IMG/VR virus record: IMGVR_UViG_3300043172_000883
Location: 1 to 63,607 of that record
Source: a virus
Taxonomy: Duplodnaviria; Caudoviricetes
Length of the DNA stretch: 63,607 nt
Reading direction: 5' to 3' (one strand)
The position numbers and the translations under genes were made by a program. Under the pieces are notes generated by a model, which had not been told where the DNA came from, did no database searches, and saw only the letters and a program-made list of their open reading frames with translations. Below are positions 19,817-30,122 of this stretch, in pieces. Numbering within the stretch: the first letter of the stretch is position 1; the number at the start of each line of letters is the position of its first letter.

Positions 19817-21931
19817 ATGAGTGTAGGATCTAGCCAGAGCGAGTTGATGGTAAATCAGCTTTTTAACGAGTATTTTGGAACTGATATCAATTATACCAAC
19901 GTGGACAGGAAACGCAGTCTACGCAAGAGATCCTTTGGCTCTTGGATAGAGACATTCCAGACAAAGGCCATGCAAACACTCATTATTGATGAAGAAAATG
20001 AGGGGCGTGTTTTCAAAGGTATTATCACCAGCGAGGATGTTGATAGTGATAAGGAAATCCAGAACATCGATGATTTTGCTGCCAATATCGACAAGATGAT
20101 GAATAGTGAGCGAGGTGTAATGGTTAGCGTTATCCATACTGATATGTTGCCTGGCAAGGTAGATCATATGGAGAAAACAACCCTTGGATGGATTGCTGAT
20201 AATTATCCACACAAGGCTGAGAAATTGAAAATTAATGATAATAATCGCGATACCAAGTGTATATTCTTCGAGGCTCACATATTTGATGATTATCCAGAGA
20301 TGGATGATTTCATATGGGATATGATTCAACAGGAAAAACTTGATGCTGTCAGCTTACGTGGTGTTGGTATACCAAGTGCAATTAAATGTAGTCTCGATGG
20401 TCAGTGTGGAACTGAGGTGAAAAATACTCGTATCTGGGCTTTGACACTTGCACCAAGCGGAGAACAGGCAGCGGATCGAGCGATAATACTGGAAAAAGTA
20501 AAAGATACTGAATTCGAAGGCAAGCATCCACGGGCTGATGATGGCAAATTTGGGTCCAAGCCAAGTGATAATGATTCTGATAAACCAAGCTCTAAAAAGA
20601 AAGAAGAAATAGACGAAGTGAATTGGGAAGAAGAAGCCAATAAATTGAAGAATATGAATAGAAGAGAGGTGATGTCAACAATATCTGAAATGGAAATAGA
20701 TAAATTAGGCAATCTTACTATTTCAATCAGTAATGCAAAAACATACCGTGATTTCTCCTCTACTATGTGGCGATCTATTATTAGACGATTTAAGAATGAA
20801 CAAAAAAAACTCCCTTCAATTGTTCTTTTTAATATTGTAAAAAATGAACGATCTCTTATCCAATCCGACAATTTGTGGTATTTCAAAGAGAATATGAGCA
20901 AAAACGATTATGGGAAATTGAAACGATTGGCCCAATCGGGTCATATAGATGTGACGGAACTTCATAATCCTAGGAAACCAAAAGATCAATCTAAGATGAG
21001 TAAAGAGGAGATTGCGGTCCTCAAAGAAATACGCAATGAGGTAAATAAAAAAATGCAACTACAAAAAGAGATACCATCTGATCAGGAAAAGATGATGACT
21101 AATGATGAGCCAGAGAGTACTATGGGTATTCTCAAAGAGATACGCGAGAGTGTAATTCAGATAGGCGATAATGTAACTGAAGATAACTCCGAGCTGGAAG
21201 GCGAGGATGTAATGAACGACCCCCTGGAAGAAGGCGAGATGGAATATGATGATTTCGCTGCAGAGGGTGACGAACACGAGGATGATGCCAAGATGGATGA
21301 TGAATCTGAAACAGGCGACCTCGATTCCGAATCATCAATGGATGAAGATTCTGAGTACTCAGAAGATGAATCCGAGGAAACAGACGATGATTATGAGGAT
21401 TCCGACATGGAAAAAGATGATGACATGGAGGATGAATATGAGGAAGATGAATCTTATGAGGATGATGAAGATTCTGATGATGATATAAATATCGACATCG
21501 ATATTGATGATGAGGAAGAAGAAGAGGACATGAAAAAAATGACCGACAAGAAACCAAAAGACCCGCTAGTTCGGATCAGATCATCCGAGCTGAGGGCTTT
21601 AGAGGACAGGGCTACCAATGCAGAGGCTCAACTGATTAAAATGAAACCAGTTGCCGAAAAACCTGACATTGAAGCCATGATTAAAGCGAAAGTTGCCGAG
21701 GAACTAAAAACCCTTGGTGTTCGCAAGACGAAAACACCAGAAATCGGTGCTGATGGCACTGATAAAGGTGATGCAAATGCTGGTGCTGAGACACCCGCTG
21801 CGGTTAAAAAACCCGCTGGACCAACCTTTGGCGAGGTATCCAATCATTTCTTGACAAAAATGAAAAGACCACCTACCAGACAGGAACTGCATGACCATAT
21901 GGTTATGGAGAAAACCCTCCCAGGTGCTTGA
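19817..21931 (+). CDS. Prohead protease fused to an inserted domain and an acidic scaffold region
   Basis: FKGIITSEDVDSDKE, catalytic-like H (VIHT) and S (AVSLRG), IWDMIQQEKL; directly upstream of the capsid gene; long D/E tract. Confidence 0.8.
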   Translation: MSVGSSQSELMVNQLFNEYFGTDINYTNVDRKRSLRKRSFGSWIETFQTKAMQTLIIDEENEGRVFKGIITSEDVDSDKEIQNIDDFAANIDKMMNSERGVMVSVIHTDMLPGKVDHMEKTTLGWIADNYPHKAEKLKINDNNRDTKCIFFEAHIFDDYPEMDDFIWDMIQQEKLDAVSLRGVGIPSAIKCSLDGQCGTEVKNTRIWALTLAPSGEQAADRAIILEKVKDTEFEGKHPRADDGKFGSKPSDNDSDKPSSKKKEEIDEVNWEEEANKLKNMNRREVMSTISEMEIDKLGNLTISISNAKTYRDFSSTMWRSIIRRFKNEQKKLPSIVLFNIVKNERSLIQSDNLWYFKENMSKNDYGKLKRLAQSGHIDVTELHNPRKPKDQSKMSKEEIAVLKEIRNEVNKKMQLQKEIPSDQEKMMTNDEPESTMGILKEIRESVIQIGDNVTEDNSELEGEDVMNDPLEEGEMEYDDFAAEGDEHEDDAKMDDESETGDLDSESSMDEDSEYSEDESEETDDDYEDSDMEKDDDMEDEYEEDESYEDDEDSDDDINIDIDIDDEEEEEDMKKMTDKKPKDPLVRIRSSELRALEDRATNAEAQLIKMKPVAEKPDIEAMIKAKVAEELKTLGVRKTKTPEIGADGTDKGDANAGAETPAAVKKPAGPTFGEVSNHFLTKMKRPPTRQELHDHMVMEKTLPGA

Positions 21932-23175
21932 TTATGGGTATTACACAAGAAACCGTAACCCAAGAACAGATGCAAGGCATTCAAACACATGCCAGGAATC
22001 TGAACACACAGTTGATGGTTAATCAACAGGTAAAGACTGGACGCCCACCCAAAATGGATTCCATTCACGATATGATGAACTATTATTATCCATATCAGAA
22101 CAACCCCAACTATTTCAGTGATCTGAAAAAGATTGATGACCCAGTATTGAGTGATACAACCAATTTCCTGGTCACAACCTATGGGGCCATGTTATTCTCA
22201 CAACTTGATTTGGAGGATAATATCTGGAAATTCCTACCTAAAACCACATGGGACAGAAGAGGTTGGAGAATGCTGACCGCTCGCCATCAAACTGGTGGAG
22301 GTCTTGCTGAAGATGGTGATCTTCCAGAAACTGATATGGCTGATGTTGGTATTGGCAGCGCTGCACCCAAAACGATTGTTCACACATTCGATGCCAGTGC
22401 ACAGGCCATCCTAGAGGGTGATACCGCTGATGACAGTTATGGTAATCCACTCGATGCTCAGCGACCAATTGTGGGTCAAGAGCACACCAAGGACATGAAT
22501 GCCTATCTGACGCAGGATGCTGATACCCTAGCTGGTGTCAATCTTGAATCCATTGACAGGCTAACCATTGATACAGCCACCGTTACCGCATTATCCTACA
22601 CCGCCGACGATGAGGATATATTTGGTATCGATAGGTCCGCAGTATCATGGGCTGATCCTTACAGTGACCACAATAGCGGGTCTGACAGAGATTTCAGTCT
22701 TGGTTTGGTTGATGATTTGCTCAAATCAGTGCGTAGGTATCAAATAAACAGTCCTGGAGGCCAAGGGGTGTTCATCACTGGTGAGGACACTTATGAACGA
22801 TGGAATCGTGAGCTTGCACCACAACAGAGGTTTGATGACAAGGCTAATGTTGCCAGAATAAGTACTGGGTTGAATGGAGTTCAACCAATCGGAGATCGGG
22901 AAACTGGCTTCGAGATTGCCACTTATCGTAAATATCCAGTCGTGATATCCAATGATGTTGCACAGGATACGCTAAGCAGGATTTACTTCTTGTGGCTTGG
23001 TCAAAATGCAACCAATATGAAGGTTCTTGCTCCCACACAGTACTATGAGGCTGGATGGTCGCATGGAGATCCCTTTATTCTTAACAAGTTAGGAACCGAG
23101 GGCGCGTTCGTTACATTCTGTGAATTGAATTGTAAGAACTTCCCAGCAAATGGATCCATCAGGGATCTTAAATAG
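21928..23175 (+). CDS. Major capsid protein (HK97 fold)
   Basis: 415 aa after the protease; YGAMLFSQL...LPKTTWDRRGWR resembles capsids of archaeal tailed viruses; ATYRKYPVVISNDV. Confidence 0.88.
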   Translation: MIMGITQETVTQEQMQGIQTHARNLNTQLMVNQQVKTGRPPKMDSIHDMMNYYYPYQNNPNYFSDLKKIDDPVLSDTTNFLVTTYGAMLFSQLDLEDNIWKFLPKTTWDRRGWRMLTARHQTGGGLAEDGDLPETDMADVGIGSAAPKTIVHTFDASAQAILEGDTADDSYGNPLDAQRPIVGQEHTKDMNAYLTQDADTLAGVNLESIDRLTIDTATVTALSYTADDEDIFGIDRSAVSWADPYSDHNSGSDRDFSLGLVDDLLKSVRRYQINSPGGQGVFITGEDTYERWNRELAPQQRFDDKANVARISTGLNGVQPIGDRETGFEIATYRKYPVVISNDVAQDTLSRIYFLWLGQNATNMKVLAPTQYYEAGWSHGDPFILNKLGTEGAFVTFCELNCKNFPANGSIRDLK

Positions 23176-23746
23176 GAGGCGACGGTTAAAAATGGTAATC
23201 GTACCTGAAAATGATTTCAAAAAACAATATGGTAAAACATGGGATGAAATCAGAGGTAATGAAAAAAATTGGAGGAATAACCTACGTATATGGATACGAT
23301 GGATTGGTCCCGAAAATTCTCACTGGCATAACATGAGATCACTATATTCTAGGAGAAACCCCTGGCAATTCTATAAGAATGTCTGGAAAGAAGTTTCTTT
23401 TAGAACTACCACTTACAGGACCGCACTTGGTCAACTACGTGGTATTGATCGTGAATCGCTAGAGCTGGATATCAAATTCTGGCTAAAATATCGAAAAAGA
23501 GATTTTCAGGTACTACTCAAAGATCCAGCCACGGTTAAAGAAGCAATGATGAATGAACTAGCTGATAAAAACCTCGAAATAGGAGGAGTAAATCTGCTAA
23601 CCAACGAAACTGCAATCACCAAACAGGCAATTGTCGAGGAGGCTGAGCGTAGAGGTTGGGAATTCAACATGCGGGACCGTAAGGTTGATCTTGTCAAACA
23701 ATTCATTGAAAAAGTCGCAAAAGAAGAGGAGGTAATACTAGCATGA
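23150..23746 (+). CDS. Hypothetical protein with C-terminal HeH/Rho-N-like domain; start probably ~23191
   Basis: TKQAIVEEAERRGW...RKVDLV; position just after the capsid gene. Confidence 0.5.
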   Translation: MDPSGILNRRRRLKMVIVPENDFKKQYGKTWDEIRGNEKNWRNNLRIWIRWIGPENSHWHNMRSLYSRRNPWQFYKNVWKEVSFRTTTYRTALGQLRGIDRESLELDIKFWLKYRKRDFQVLLKDPATVKEAMMNELADKNLEIGGVNLLTNETAITKQAIVEEAERRGWEFNMRDRKVDLVKQFIEKVAKEEEVILA

Positions 23747-24156
23747 AAATTTATGTAACAACCGAAAGACCTGGAGTGATTTCACATCTAGGTAGAAGCC
23801 AGCATGGTAAAAAAATCAATGGCTACCAGTTCCAAGCTGGTAAGTTTTTGGTTATTAACCATCCGCAGGATATTGACTATTTCAAAGCCAAGGCCGAGAA
23901 CCTTGGATTGAAAATATTGGATAAAGAACCAAAAGACGCTCATCTAATTGATTGTTGCGCAACCGAGGAGATTATCGCGTTTTATTTCAAAAACCACAAG
24001 GAAGCAACTTTGGCTGTTGAAAAACGCAGAAAACTAGCAAAAGCAGTTGCCGATGTCGAGGAAGTTCCAGTGTTTCCAAAAAAGGAACCGCCCAAAAAAG
24101 TGGAACCAACCAAGGATGACATCGAAGCGGCCAAGCTACGCGAAGGAGCTGAGTAA
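23743..24156 (+). CDS. Hypothetical protein
   Basis: GGAGG RBS; coupled ORF. Confidence 0.6.
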   Translation: MKIYVTTERPGVISHLGRSQHGKKINGYQFQAGKFLVINHPQDIDYFKAKAENLGLKILDKEPKDAHLIDCCATEEIIAFYFKNHKEATLAVEKRRKLAKAVADVEEVPVFPKKEPPKKVEPTKDDIEAAKLREGAE

Positions 24157-24158
24157 TC

Positions 24159-24797
24159 ATGGGAACTGTAACATTTACTGATCTTAAAAAGACAGTATTT
24201 GGTGATTTAAAGGCGATTATGGGAATAATGACCCTATCTAATTCATACGCCACTAATGGGGAAACAATTGCACCATCAGATTTGGGACTCGACAGGATTG
24301 AGAATTTATTCGTCAATCCTAGCGATATTAGTCTTGAATTTGATAAGGATAGCAACAAAATTCTTGCTTATGATTCACAAAATCGAGTAGAAAGATTTAC
24401 CTATTTCGCTGGCACACCTTCAGCCGCAGTGGTTGAAATGTGGAGAGCACCATTCGATGGTGATATTACCGATGTAATGATGACCTTAGGTGTTGGTGGA
24501 ACTGGTGGTGGACCAACAGTGATCGATGTAAACAAAGGTATCGCTGGAACATCCATATTCACTACTAAACCTAGCCTGGCTCACGATGACGCAGATGGCT
24601 CAGAAGATAATGGTACTATTGATGCAGCCGCAGATGATTTCGCAGAAGGTGATATCATTGAACTTGAAATCGATGCTGTTTCTACTGGTGGAGCTGCGAA
24701 TATGACTGTAACTATTGAATTCACCGGAACTGGAGAAGTAATTAACGCAATTGATCTATCCGGTATTACAGTGCCATTCATCGCATATGGAAGGTAA
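24159..24797 (+). CDS. Putative capsid decoration/structural protein
   Basis: Acidic, beta-rich protein in the head module. Confidence 0.5.
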   Translation: MGTVTFTDLKKTVFGDLKAIMGIMTLSNSYATNGETIAPSDLGLDRIENLFVNPSDISLEFDKDSNKILAYDSQNRVERFTYFAGTPSAAVVEMWRAPFDGDITDVMMTLGVGGTGGGPTVIDVNKGIAGTSIFTTKPSLAHDDADGSEDNGTIDAAADDFAEGDIIELEIDAVSTGGAANMTVTIEFTGTGEVINAIDLSGITVPFIAYGR

Positions 24798-24802
24798 TTT
24801 AA

Positions 24803-25222
24803 ATGGGAATTGATTCAGCGTACTTGAATGATAACAGAAATCGCTCTGCTAATAAGAGTATTTCGCGTGGTCATCAAGATCGAGAGATCGTTGCAACCAT
24901 TCTTGATACAGCTACGGTGATAAGCGAGGATTTTGATGCTTGGGGTCAATTAGTTGGTCTATTGGTTGACATTCCCCCGCTTGACGCTTCTTCAGCAACC
25001 TTAACAGTTGCTATTTTCCCACGCGATGCAACCAACGCGGAGGCCACAATATTTAGCGTGGCCACTTTAACTGCGAATAAGGTTCATATGATTTGGATCG
25101 AGGAAGAATTAGCTAACCACGACTTTCGGTATCTATTTGGTGCACATGTCATCAAATTCACCTCATCCGCAGCCGTTACCGATGATAGAGAAATCAAAGT
25201 ACATCCAATATTGAGAAATTAA
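24803..25222 (+). CDS. Putative structural protein
   Basis: Beta-rich; position in the head module. Confidence 0.45.
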   Translation: MGIDSAYLNDNRNRSANKSISRGHQDREIVATILDTATVISEDFDAWGQLVGLLVDIPPLDASSATLTVAIFPRDATNAEATIFSVATLTANKVHMIWIEEELANHDFRYLFGAHVIKFTSSAAVTDDREIKVHPILRN

Positions 25223-25270
25223 TAAAATATTTAAAAATACTATAAAAATAATTAAATCAATTAATAATAG

Positions 25271-25837
25271 ATGGCATTAGAGGATATAGTTTGGGAATTT
25301 CCACTTAAAAGTATAATCCAGATGGCGATTATTTTTGTATTTTGGGATGTTGCTAAGCTACTTATTAAAAGATATACGGGTAAAATCCCTCGCGATAAAG
25401 TGGAGGGGTTTAGTTTGGTATTTCATCGATTGGTTGATGATGTGATTACACTTGAACCCAAAATTTCTATGTTTTTTGAGAAAATAAAACGTAAACTGAG
25501 TAAAATAGATGACAAGTTGGCAAAGCTTCCTGCTATACCGCCTAAAGTTGGAATGTCCCTGAATAATAAACAAGCTATTGGTGAGATGAAAAAAATACGT
25601 ATTGAAGTTGGCGAGATGCTATCATCCATTGCCACCAACGAAGATGATTTGAAGTATGAGATCCAGAAAATAAAACGTAAGCTTGGTATAAATGGCCACG
25701 AAGCTGAGCAGCTAGCCATTGAGAATTTAAATAACTCTCTAAAAAAATACCAAGAGGATGTCAAAGAGGTTGTAAAAGAGATGAATACTAGTAAAGTTGA
25801 ACTAAAACCACCACCAAATCTGGAGGAAGAAGAATAA
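25271..25837 (+). CDS. Membrane-anchored coiled-coil protein
   Basis: N-terminal hydrophobic helix, then heptad-like helices. Confidence 0.5.
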   Translation: MALEDIVWEFPLKSIIQMAIIFVFWDVAKLLIKRYTGKIPRDKVEGFSLVFHRLVDDVITLEPKISMFFEKIKRKLSKIDDKLAKLPAIPPKVGMSLNNKQAIGEMKKIRIEVGEMLSSIATNEDDLKYEIQKIKRKLGINGHEAEQLAIENLNNSLKKYQEDVKEVVKEMNTSKVELKPPPNLEEEE

Positions 25838-26508
25838 TGGTATATTGTAATCCAAGCGACGTATCTCGCGTAGTAGGTGCAATGATGAGCGGGAAAAGAA
25901 TGTCATTCGAATCAGATTCAACTCCGACTGAGAATGAGGTGGAGAAAATGATTGAAGGGGCTGAGGCTAGGATTAATAGAATTACCAGTAATTCATTTGG
26001 TTCAATTGCCGTGGTTAATGAATATCATAATTGCGAGGTCCGAAACAGGGCAGTATTCTATCACCGCAACCACATGACTTGGAAACTGAATTCTTATCCA
26101 ACACTTCCTTTTGATACCGAGAAAGGTGATAAAATAGAAGTTTGGTATAACGACGCATGGATCAATTTGGTGGCTGATAAAACCGAGGGCCTGGCTGTGG
26201 GCGATGAGGATTGGTGGGTTGATATCGCTGATGGTATGGTTTATTTACATACAACCTTCCCAGAATTTGGTCATCGTAAGATAAGATTCAGCTATCGCCA
26301 TGGTAGAGCACTCGTACCCGCTGATATCCGCGAGGCCACCGCTATGATGTGTAGTGTTGCCATCTTACTACAATATGGTAATGATCCCATAAGGACAGAG
26401 GGGGAAAAAACACCCAATGTAGAAAACCAGATAAAACTCTGGAAAGAAGAGATCAAAGATATACTTGATACATGGTCCCAAAAGGCATTCAAATCATTTC
26501 TAAGCTAA
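25837..26508 (+). CDS. Head-tail adaptor (HK97 gp6/SPP1 gp15-like)
   Basis: YCNPSDV...AEARINRIT and YRHG...VPADIREATAMM. Confidence 0.75.
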   Translation: MVYCNPSDVSRVVGAMMSGKRMSFESDSTPTENEVEKMIEGAEARINRITSNSFGSIAVVNEYHNCEVRNRAVFYHRNHMTWKLNSYPTLPFDTEKGDKIEVWYNDAWINLVADKTEGLAVGDEDWWVDIADGMVYLHTTFPEFGHRKIRFSYRHGRALVPADIREATAMMCSVAILLQYGNDPIRTEGEKTPNVENQIKLWKEEIKDILDTWSQKAFKSFLS

Positions 26509-26668
26509 TGCTGTTTAGGGATGGGTTTCACTTCTCCTTCTCTAAGCAGTAATCATTTATATACAATTTTTCATATTACTACTGAACATTGGTAAGCAAT
26601 ACCGAATCGTGTTTCATGGTACTATGCACCCGCATGGTATAAAAAAAATAAAAAGTTGGTGAAAACGT

Positions 26669-27094
26669 TTGGAGGCAATAGACGTAGTTGAGACTATTTT
26701 TGGCGATGATTATTGGGATAGTTCCCTATTTTCAACAAAGAAACTGGTCAGAGATAGAAATAAGAATGTCAGAAACCCAAACGTGTTAAACAACCAATAT
26801 TTGATGTATAAAGAAATTACAAGTGATCTTAAGAATGAATCATTGGCATTGCCAGGAATGGTAAGTACCAAAGGACAAGTAAGATTAGACCTACGTACAA
26901 GTTCCAAGAAACTTATGGATTCTTTATACAAACAAGTAAGAAGAATAGTTAATACCTACGCAACAAATCTACCAGGCGATTATTCAACCATCTGGATCAT
27001 CCGTAAAATGGAGCGATCTAGTGGAGCCAAGGGTGATTCGTTTTGGTGGTGGCTAGTTGACTTACAAGTGAACCGATACAGTGAGTTTCCATAG
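26669..27094 (+). CDS. Putative tail terminator
   Basis: 141 aa directly upstream of the tail tube; VRLDLRT...LYKQVRRIV. Confidence 0.5.
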   Translation: MEAIDVVETIFGDDYWDSSLFSTKKLVRDRNKNVRNPNVLNNQYLMYKEITSDLKNESLALPGMVSTKGQVRLDLRTSSKKLMDSLYKQVRRIVNTYATNLPGDYSTIWIIRKMERSSGAKGDSFWWWLVDLQVNRYSEFP

Positions 27095-27105
27095 GAGAAT
27101 TAAAA

Positions 27106-28029
27106 ATGGCACTAGATATTACTGCAATACAAGTGGGCGAAGAAAACGTCCCTGGAACCGAGGCTGCCAGCTACAAACAGTGGCCTGGCATCATCAAGAG
27201 CGTTAAGATACTTATTAATAAGCAAGAACTATTGCTTAGCGATATAAGTACTCAGGAAGAAGCGTATATGGCACTACATGGCAAGGCTGAATATGGATGG
27301 GAAATCGAATTTAATATCCAAAACTTCATGTGGCTTTACTGGATTATGGGAACGGATGTTGTAACCGAAACCTATACGCACACCATGGCTTTAAACAACT
27401 TATTGCCATCGCTAAGCATTGAGATGGTCCAATTACTTGGAGAGACAGATTCATACAGTATTTTATTTACTGGATCCAAATGTGAGGAAGCAACTATGAA
27501 TTTTGTTTATGGTGAAACCCCCACAGTGGTATTGAAGGGTAAGTCTCTACTAGGGGCTATTAGTGATACACCAGGGTCACCAGCCAAATTAACCACAATT
27601 GTTTATGAATGGCATCAATCAACCACGTTTACCGTTAATGCTGTTGATTACAAGGCCAAAGTAGAAAGGGCATCTTATACTTTCAAGAGAACTGTCACCG
27701 CTGGTGGATCCCTATCAAGCCAAGATCCAAGTGAATTATCTGAGGGGCTACGTGGTCTAGTTGCCACATATGATCTCAAACCAGAAGATGAATCACTTTT
27801 GGCTCTTATTGTCGATGAGACTGATTTTGTGATTGCACATGTGATTGAGAGAACCGCAAGCACTGATAATCTAACTCTTGGCATCCCCAATGGTAAGACT
27901 TTTAATTTCAATCGTAAATCTGCGGGCGATTCAAGTGGTGTACGTGTGGAAACAGTGCCAGTTCGTGCTATTGGTGGTTATACGGCGATTGCCATAGATT
28001 CCATAGCACTTTATGAAGATCCGGTGTGA
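27106..28029 (+). CDS. Major tail tube protein
   Basis: LPSLSIE...FTGSKC motif; position before chaperone and tape measure. Confidence 0.78.
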   Translation: MALDITAIQVGEENVPGTEAASYKQWPGIIKSVKILINKQELLLSDISTQEEAYMALHGKAEYGWEIEFNIQNFMWLYWIMGTDVVTETYTHTMALNNLLPSLSIEMVQLLGETDSYSILFTGSKCEEATMNFVYGETPTVVLKGKSLLGAISDTPGSPAKLTTIVYEWHQSTTFTVNAVDYKAKVERASYTFKRTVTAGGSLSSQDPSELSEGLRGLVATYDLKPEDESLLALIVDETDFVIAHVIERTASTDNLTLGIPNGKTFNFNRKSAGDSSGVRVETVPVRAIGGYTAIAIDSIALYEDPV

Positions 28030-28357
28030 TGTTATGAGTCTAGAGGAAAATTTGGCCAAATTGCCAGAACTGAAAGATGAGGATTCATTTACTTTCAGTA
28101 CCAGGAAACACCCCAAAGAAAATACTTTTACCTTTGAGCAGCCAACCATTGGTGCATTGATGGATTTTGAGGAAGCCTTGCCAAAAACGAAAGGATATAC
28201 CAGATTTAAACTTGCTGCAGATTTTTTTGATGAGATCCTAGTTAAAAAAACATTCAAAAAATCACTTATGGTGTATATTAGGGGTATGCGGGCGTCGGAA
28301 TTCTTAAAATTTATGACCGCATTTCAGCAACTCTTCATAGAAGAGGAAAAAAAATGA
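28013..28357 (+). CDS. Tail assembly chaperone (G-like)
   Basis: Between tube and tape measure; ends on a slippery A8 run. Confidence 0.7.
   Translation: MKIRCDVMSLEENLAKLPELKDEDSFTFSTRKHPKENTFTFEQPTIGALMDFEEALPKTKGYTRFKLAADFFDEILVKKTFKKSLMVYIRGMRASEFLKFMTAFQQLFIEEEKK
28348..28354 (+). other. Probable -1 programmed ribosomal frameshift site A AAA AAA
   Basis: GAA AAA AAA TGA; the -1 frame continues into ORF 28354-28593. Confidence 0.6.
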
Positions 28358-28593
28358 TGGACCACATTCATAAATTGAAATATATCTATATGGGTATTTC
28401 CGATACTGTGCCTGCGGAAATCGCTAGATTATTTCAACTACATACTATTGCAAAAACGTATCATTGCACACCGATGGTAGCAAGAACGTTCAAACCAAAA
28501 TATGTGGCTTTTATGAATGTGGCAACGATGGCGAAAAATGAGGCTCAGGATGACCCCCATTTGACTAATGCAAGCAGTATGGAGCTGATATAA
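28354..28593 (+). CDS. Tail assembly chaperone extension (T-like)
   Basis: -1 frame relative to the upstream ORF; IAKTYHCTP; abuts the tape measure gene. Confidence 0.6.
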   Translation: MMDHIHKLKYIYMGISDTVPAEIARLFQLHTIAKTYHCTPMVARTFKPKYVAFMNVATMAKNEAQDDPHLTNASSMELI

Positions 28594-30122
28594 TGACAGA
28601 AGAATTTCCAGTATCAATGGTTATGAATCTTAGCACACAACAGGCGATGACCCGTATAACTGCGCTTAGTGATAGAGTTAAATCCGTTGCTAATCAAATG
28701 TCCACTGATATATCTGGCGTTGGTGAAACTGTGGGAAGTTTTACCGACGATTTTACCAAATCTGATAGTAAGATTGAAGCAAGTAGCCAGAAACAGACAC
28801 AATCGCTTGGTCGTGTAGCTAAAGGAGCGGCTGCTGTGGCTGCTATTTCTGGTGGCATGTTCAAGAAAATGGTTGATGCTAGTCCAGGTCTTGCAAGTGC
28901 CATGGCTGAGATCAATTTCTTGTTTGAAGAAATGTTTATGGTTTTGGGAGAATCACTTGCACCCATAATTGAGGATTATGTAATTCCTGCGGTTGAGGGT
29001 TTGACCGAATGGGTAATGGATCTTGATGATTCATTTAAATTATTAATTTCTGGAGGAATTGGCCTCACCACCATGTTTTCTGGTGCATCCGCAATATTGA
29101 GTTTATTTGGTGTGAGCTTGTCGGCCATACTTGGACCAATAGCGCTGATAATCGCTGCGTTGGTATTATTATGGCTCGCATGGGAAACCAATTTTGGTAA
29201 CATACAAGAACACACTGGAGCGGTGATTACGGCGTTACAAGAAACGTTTGCATCATTGGTTGAAAGTTTTACCGAGATAATGGAGACTTTTGTAACCATT
29301 TTTGAGGAAAATAAGGAATCCTTAGCTGCAATTGGTGAATCTATTAAAAATATGTTTGACAGCATTTTTGAAGGAATTGCAAACATATTTATTGGATTAT
29401 TTGACGTAATAAAAGATACCGTCGCGGGTATTTCGGAATCATTTAAAACGTGGGCTAAGGATAATGAGGAACTGATTGGTAAATTTACGGCTGCGTTCGC
29501 TAAATTTATGAAATTCTTGGAGCCTGTGGTTGCTTGGATTGTAGATAAAATTGGTACTGTTTTGGTTAATGTATTTAAATTTCTTGGTAATCATATAAAA
29601 AACGTGTTTGATGGAATATTGGTTGCCATTGGATGGGTAATGAAAGGATTTATCTGGTTTGTTGATTGGATCACTGGTGTTGATTGGGGGGCTTTTGGTG
29701 AACATATAGAAATGGCTTTTGTCGGAGCACTCAACGGTGTTATTGTTTTTATTAATAGCATTATTGAGGGCATAAATTGGATAATTAATCTGATTGAAAC
29801 AGTAATTAATGCCATACCAGGTGTCGAGGTTTCTCTAGGAAGGATTGCTGAAATACCACTTATGCATTCTGGAGGAGTGGTAGGTATGCCTGGGACCGGA
29901 ACTGATGAAGTTCTTACTATTCTTCAACGCGGTGAGGGCGTGGTTGATAAAGGAACCATGCAATCAAGTGTTCGTGGTCCAGCACCAATGCGACCGATTA
30001 TGCTAACTCAGAATTTTTATGGATACAAACAAGCCGAGGCAACCAAACTCGGTGGTATTGCTGAACGGGGATTAGATCGTGCATTTAGGCAACAATATCG
30101 AGGAGGGACCTTAAGCGAATGA
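28593..30122 (+). CDS. Tape measure protein
   Basis: Helical and amphipathic, periodic W/F, LAWETNFGNIQE, C-terminal IPLMHSGGVV...GEGVV. Confidence 0.85.
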   Translation: MTEEFPVSMVMNLSTQQAMTRITALSDRVKSVANQMSTDISGVGETVGSFTDDFTKSDSKIEASSQKQTQSLGRVAKGAAAVAAISGGMFKKMVDASPGLASAMAEINFLFEEMFMVLGESLAPIIEDYVIPAVEGLTEWVMDLDDSFKLLISGGIGLTTMFSGASAILSLFGVSLSAILGPIALIIAALVLLWLAWETNFGNIQEHTGAVITALQETFASLVESFTEIMETFVTIFEENKESLAAIGESIKNMFDSIFEGIANIFIGLFDVIKDTVAGISESFKTWAKDNEELIGKFTAAFAKFMKFLEPVVAWIVDKIGTVLVNVFKFLGNHIKNVFDGILVAIGWVMKGFIWFVDWITGVDWGAFGEHIEMAFVGALNGVIVFINSIIEGINWIINLIETVINAIPGVEVSLGRIAEIPLMHSGGVVGMPGTGTDEVLTILQRGEGVVDKGTMQSSVRGPAPMRPIMLTQNFYGYKQAEATKLGGIAERGLDRAFRQQYRGGTLSE

